Below are positions 42,647 to 45,145 of a stretch of DNA of 45,145 nucleotides, piece after piece. The stretch lies in contig PCVE01000021.1 of NCBI GenBank assembly GCA_002762705.1, forward strand, positions 1-45,145. Reading direction: 5' to 3'. Position 1 is the first letter of the stretch. The number at the start of each line of letters is the position of its first letter. This DNA is from Candidatus Woesearchaeota archaeon CG11_big_fil_rev_8_21_14_0_20_43_8 (GTDB taxonomy: Archaea; Nanobdellota; Nanobdellia; Woesearchaeales; CG08-08-20-14). The notes under the pieces were generated by a model, which did not search any database, had not been told where the DNA came from, and saw only the letters and a program-made list of their open reading frames with translations. The position numbers and the translations under genes are program-made.

Positions 42647-43165
42647 ATGGAAAACCCAATGAAAAGCATACGGATTGCCAAAGTGACACTTAATATGGGC
42701 ACTGGTAAATCTATGGATTTATTGGACAAAGCAGTCAATCTCATGAAGAATCTGGTTGGTATCACACCCGTCAAGTGCGTCACAAACAAACGTATTGCGG
42801 CATGGGGATTGAGACCTGGTCTTCCAATCGGATGCAAATTGACACTTAGAGGAAAAAAAGCAGAAGAGACACTGAAAAGATTCCTTTATGCAAAAGATAA
42901 TATGCTTATGCCCTCATCATTTGATGATAGGGGAAACATATCCTTTGGTGTCCCAGAGTATATCGATGTGAAAGATGCGAAATATGACCCAAAACTAGGA
43001 ATAATGGGAATGCAGGTATCGATTACATTAGAACGGCCTGGATATAGTATCAAGAAACGAAAAATCAGACCATCCAAATTATCTAAGAAACACATCATAT
43101 CAAAAACAGATGCGATGGAATTCATGAAAACAAATTTTGGAATCAATATACAAGAAAATGAATAA
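42647..43165 (+). CDS. rpl5: 50S ribosomal protein L5 (uL5)
   Basis: [13 protein letters not shown]...[16 protein letters not shown]...FGVPEYID. Confidence 0.95.
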   Translation: MENPMKSIRIAKVTLNMGTGKSMDLLDKAVNLMKNLVGITPVKCVTNKRIAAWGLRPGLPIGCKLTLRGKKAEETLKRFLYAKDNMLMPSSFDDRGNISFGVPEYIDVKDAKYDPKLGIMGMQVSITLERPGYSIKKRKIRPSKLSKKHIISKTDAMEFMKTNFGINIQENE

Positions 43166-43179
43166 ATGGTGATAATTAC

Positions 43180-43410
43180 ATGACTACTGCAGATTTCAGA
43201 AAAATGCTTGGGCAACTCAAAGGAAAACCAGCAATATACAAGAAATATATTAAGGAGAATGCGCCAAAAGACAGGAGTTGTGGTATAGCACGTATCCGCT
43301 GCAGAAGATGTGGAAGACATAGAGGCCATATAAAAAAATACGGGCTGGGCCTGTGCAGACAATGTTTCGGGGAAATCGCCCAAAAAATCGGTTTCAAACA
43401 GTATGATTAA
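43180..43410 (+). CDS. rps14: 30S ribosomal protein S14 (uS14, zinc-ribbon type) with N-terminal extension
   Basis: C-terminal [25 protein letters not shown] is the type-Z S14 signature. Confidence 0.85.
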   Translation: MTTADFRKMLGQLKGKPAIYKKYIKENAPKDRSCGIARIRCRRCGRHRGHIKKYGLGLCRQCFGEIAQKIGFKQYD

Positions 43411-43423
43411 AGGTGAATAATAC

Positions 43424-43813
43424 ATGTTAAACGATCCATTAGCAAATGTGATGTCAGCCATCCTCAACAATGAGAAGGTCGGCAAAAAAACAGTCGCAAT
43501 TAAACCAACCTCTAATGTAATCAAGAAAGTCCTCACTATCATGAAGGATTTGCAGCTCGTTGGTGAATTTGAGGAAGTTGATGACGGCAGAGGCAGTCAT
43601 CTGAAACTCAACCTGCTTGGTAATATCAATAATTGCGGAGCCATCAAACCACGTTATGCTGTTAAACTTGAAGATTTTGTGAAATTCGAGAAAAGATATC
43701 TTCCAGCACTCGGTTTTGGTATAATCATCGTCTCCACATCAAAGGGGATAATGACATTAGAAGAAGCGAAAAAGCAAAAAGTTGGAGGAAAATTGCTAGT
43801 ATATTGCTATTAA
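43424..43813 (+). CDS. rps8: 30S ribosomal protein S8 (uS8)
   Basis: MLNDPLANVMSAILNNEKVGKK...IIVSTSKGIMTLEEAKKQKVGGKLL. Confidence 0.95.
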   Translation: MLNDPLANVMSAILNNEKVGKKTVAIKPTSNVIKKVLTIMKDLQLVGEFEEVDDGRGSHLKLNLLGNINNCGAIKPRYAVKLEDFVKFEKRYLPALGFGIIIVSTSKGIMTLEEAKKQKVGGKLLVYCY

Positions 43814-43822
43814 GGTGCTAAT

Positions 43823-44374
43823 ATGAAAATAAAGCGTTTAGAAGAAAAGATTGTACTTCCCGAAGGCGTAACAGCCGTCATTGATGAAGAGACCCTTACA
43901 CTCAACGGTCAAAAAGGCCAAGTGAGCAAATTATTCAGAGATGTCTTCATCAAGATGAATGTTGAAGGAAACAATATTTCAATCTTTGCAGAGAACGCGA
44001 CAAAAAGACAGAAAAGGATGATCGGTACATTCAAATCACATGTGAAAAACATGATCAAAGGAGTGAAAGATGGATTCACATACAAATTGAAGATCTGTTC
44101 AGGCCACTTTCCTATGAATGTGACATTCAATAATGGGGAATTTTCCATCAAGAATTTCATCGGCGAAAAAATTCCAAGGACACTTAAAGTCCCACAGGCA
44201 GTCAATGTGAAGATCGAAGGAAACGATATTGTTGTGGTCTCTCCTGATAAAGAACTTGCAGGACAGACAGCAGGCAGCATAGAAGGCCTTACACGAAGAC
44301 CTGGATTTGACACAAGGATATTCCAATCAGGCATCTATATCACAGAAAAAGCAGGAAAAGACATCAAGGGTTGA
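43823..44374 (+). CDS. rpl6: 50S ribosomal protein L6 (uL6)
   Basis: Two-domain L6 (LTLNGQKGQVSKLF..., FTYKLKICSGHFPMNV..., GIYITEKA). Confidence 0.95.
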   Translation: MKIKRLEEKIVLPEGVTAVIDEETLTLNGQKGQVSKLFRDVFIKMNVEGNNISIFAENATKRQKRMIGTFKSHVKNMIKGVKDGFTYKLKICSGHFPMNVTFNNGEFSIKNFIGEKIPRTLKVPQAVNVKIEGNDIVVVSPDKELAGQTAGSIEGLTRRPGFDTRIFQSGIYITEKAGKDIKG

Positions 44375-44376
44375 AA

Positions 44377-44967
44377 ATGGAAACAGCACTAAAAATCAGA
44401 AAGGCGATCAAGGCAAAGAAGCCAAAATATGCTAGGCAGTGCTCTCATAAAGTCAAAGAAGTAAGTAGGACAGGGTGGAGAAAACCAAAGGGCAAGCATT
44501 CAAAGATAAGAAAACAGAAGAAGAATAAGACGCCTTTGGTACAACCGGGATTTGGCTCGCCGTCTATTGTGAAAGGACTTTTGTCTGATGGACTCAAGCC
44601 AGTGCTAGTCATGTCATCGAATGATCTCACAACCCTTGATAAAAAAACAGATGGGGCTATAGTGGCTGCTAAAACAGGCATGAGAAAACGCCTTGAGATC
44701 ATAAAAAAAGCAAAAGAACTTGGAATCACTCTCGTAAATATCAAAAATCCAGAAGATTATGCAAAATCATACATCGAGAACAAGGATGTAAATAAGAAAG
44801 AAAAACAAAAGAAAAAAGAGACACGTGAGAAGAAAGCAAAAGAAGTGGCTAAGAAGAAAGAGAAAGAAGAGACAATAGAGAAAAAAGTCGAAAAGACTGA
44901 AGAAGAGAAAAAGAAAGAAGAGAATAAAAAAAGAGAAGAGCTACTCACGCAGAAACAGAAAGATTAA
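44377..44967 (+). CDS. rpl32e: 50S ribosomal protein L32e (eL32) with about 65-aa K/E-rich tail
   Basis: KPKYARQCSHKVKEVSRTGWRKPKGKHSKIR core, then KKEKQKKKETREKKAKEVAKKKEKEE... The first ATG is 44377; the track start is TTG 44371. Confidence 0.9.
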   Translation: METALKIRKAIKAKKPKYARQCSHKVKEVSRTGWRKPKGKHSKIRKQKKNKTPLVQPGFGSPSIVKGLLSDGLKPVLVMSSNDLTTLDKKTDGAIVAAKTGMRKRLEIIKKAKELGITLVNIKNPEDYAKSYIENKDVNKKEKQKKKETREKKAKEVAKKKEKEETIEKKVEKTEEEKKKEENKKREELLTQKQKD

Positions 44968-44980
44968 GAGATGATTGACA

Positions 44981-45145
44981 ATGGATCTAAGATTGCAAAA
45001 AAGACTGGCATCACAAGTGCTTAAATGCTCCTCTAAAAGGGTCCGTTTTACAGACGATAGAATGGAAGAGATAAAAGAAGCCATCACCAGAAAAGATGTC
45101 TTATCGCTGGCGAAAGATGGTGCCATAATCAAAAAAGCAAAATTA
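44981..45145 (+). CDS. rpl19e: 50S ribosomal protein L19e (eL19), 5' partial (runs off window)
   Basis: MDLRLQKRLASQVLKCSSKRVRFTDDRMEEIKEAITRKDV... is a typical L19e N-terminus, in the expected position after L32e. Confidence 0.85.
   Translation, partial: MDLRLQKRLASQVLKCSSKRVRFTDDRMEEIKEAITRKDVLSLAKDGAIIKKAKL

Overview
AT-rich, compact archaeal chromosome segment. Assignment rests on eukaryote/archaea-specific genes (eL43, RpoP, Pcc1, prefoldin beta, P0/P1 stalk, PAN, aSUI1, Rpp29, eS4, eL32, eL19, MBF1) and on BHB-intron tRNAs. There are two ribosomal-protein clusters: L1-P0-P1 at 5.7-7.5 kb, and L3 through L19e at 35.4-45.1 kb, running off the window end. Between them lie a bacterial-type uvrA-uvrC-uvrB block, a lysine-acetylation module (Pat-like ACS/GNAT fusion, HDAC-type deacetylase, Lrp/AsnC, SucD), a bacterial-type AspRS, a GT-C/TPR glycosyltransferase and several orphan genes. 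RNA genes are three tRNAs (His-GUG, Pro-UGG, Ala-CGC) and one canonical C/D-box sRNA. All three tRNAs are split by an intron in the T-loop at 59/60, and Pro also has a canonical 37/38 intron. One IS66-family element has 13-bp inverted repeats and an 8-bp target duplication. The least explained content is non-coding. Three unusually long intergenic regions (11.9-12.5 kb, 27.4-28.0 kb, 34.7-35.4 kb) and some shorter ones carry two families of structured repeats. R1 is a mosaic element with fixed 26-nt and 24-nt termini and variable hairpin-array cargo. R2 is a palindromic module spanning a TATA-like box, with compensatory arm changes between copies. I cannot assign a function to either; they are the best candidates here for something undescribed. 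All calls come from reading the sequence and ORF translations; no database search was run.
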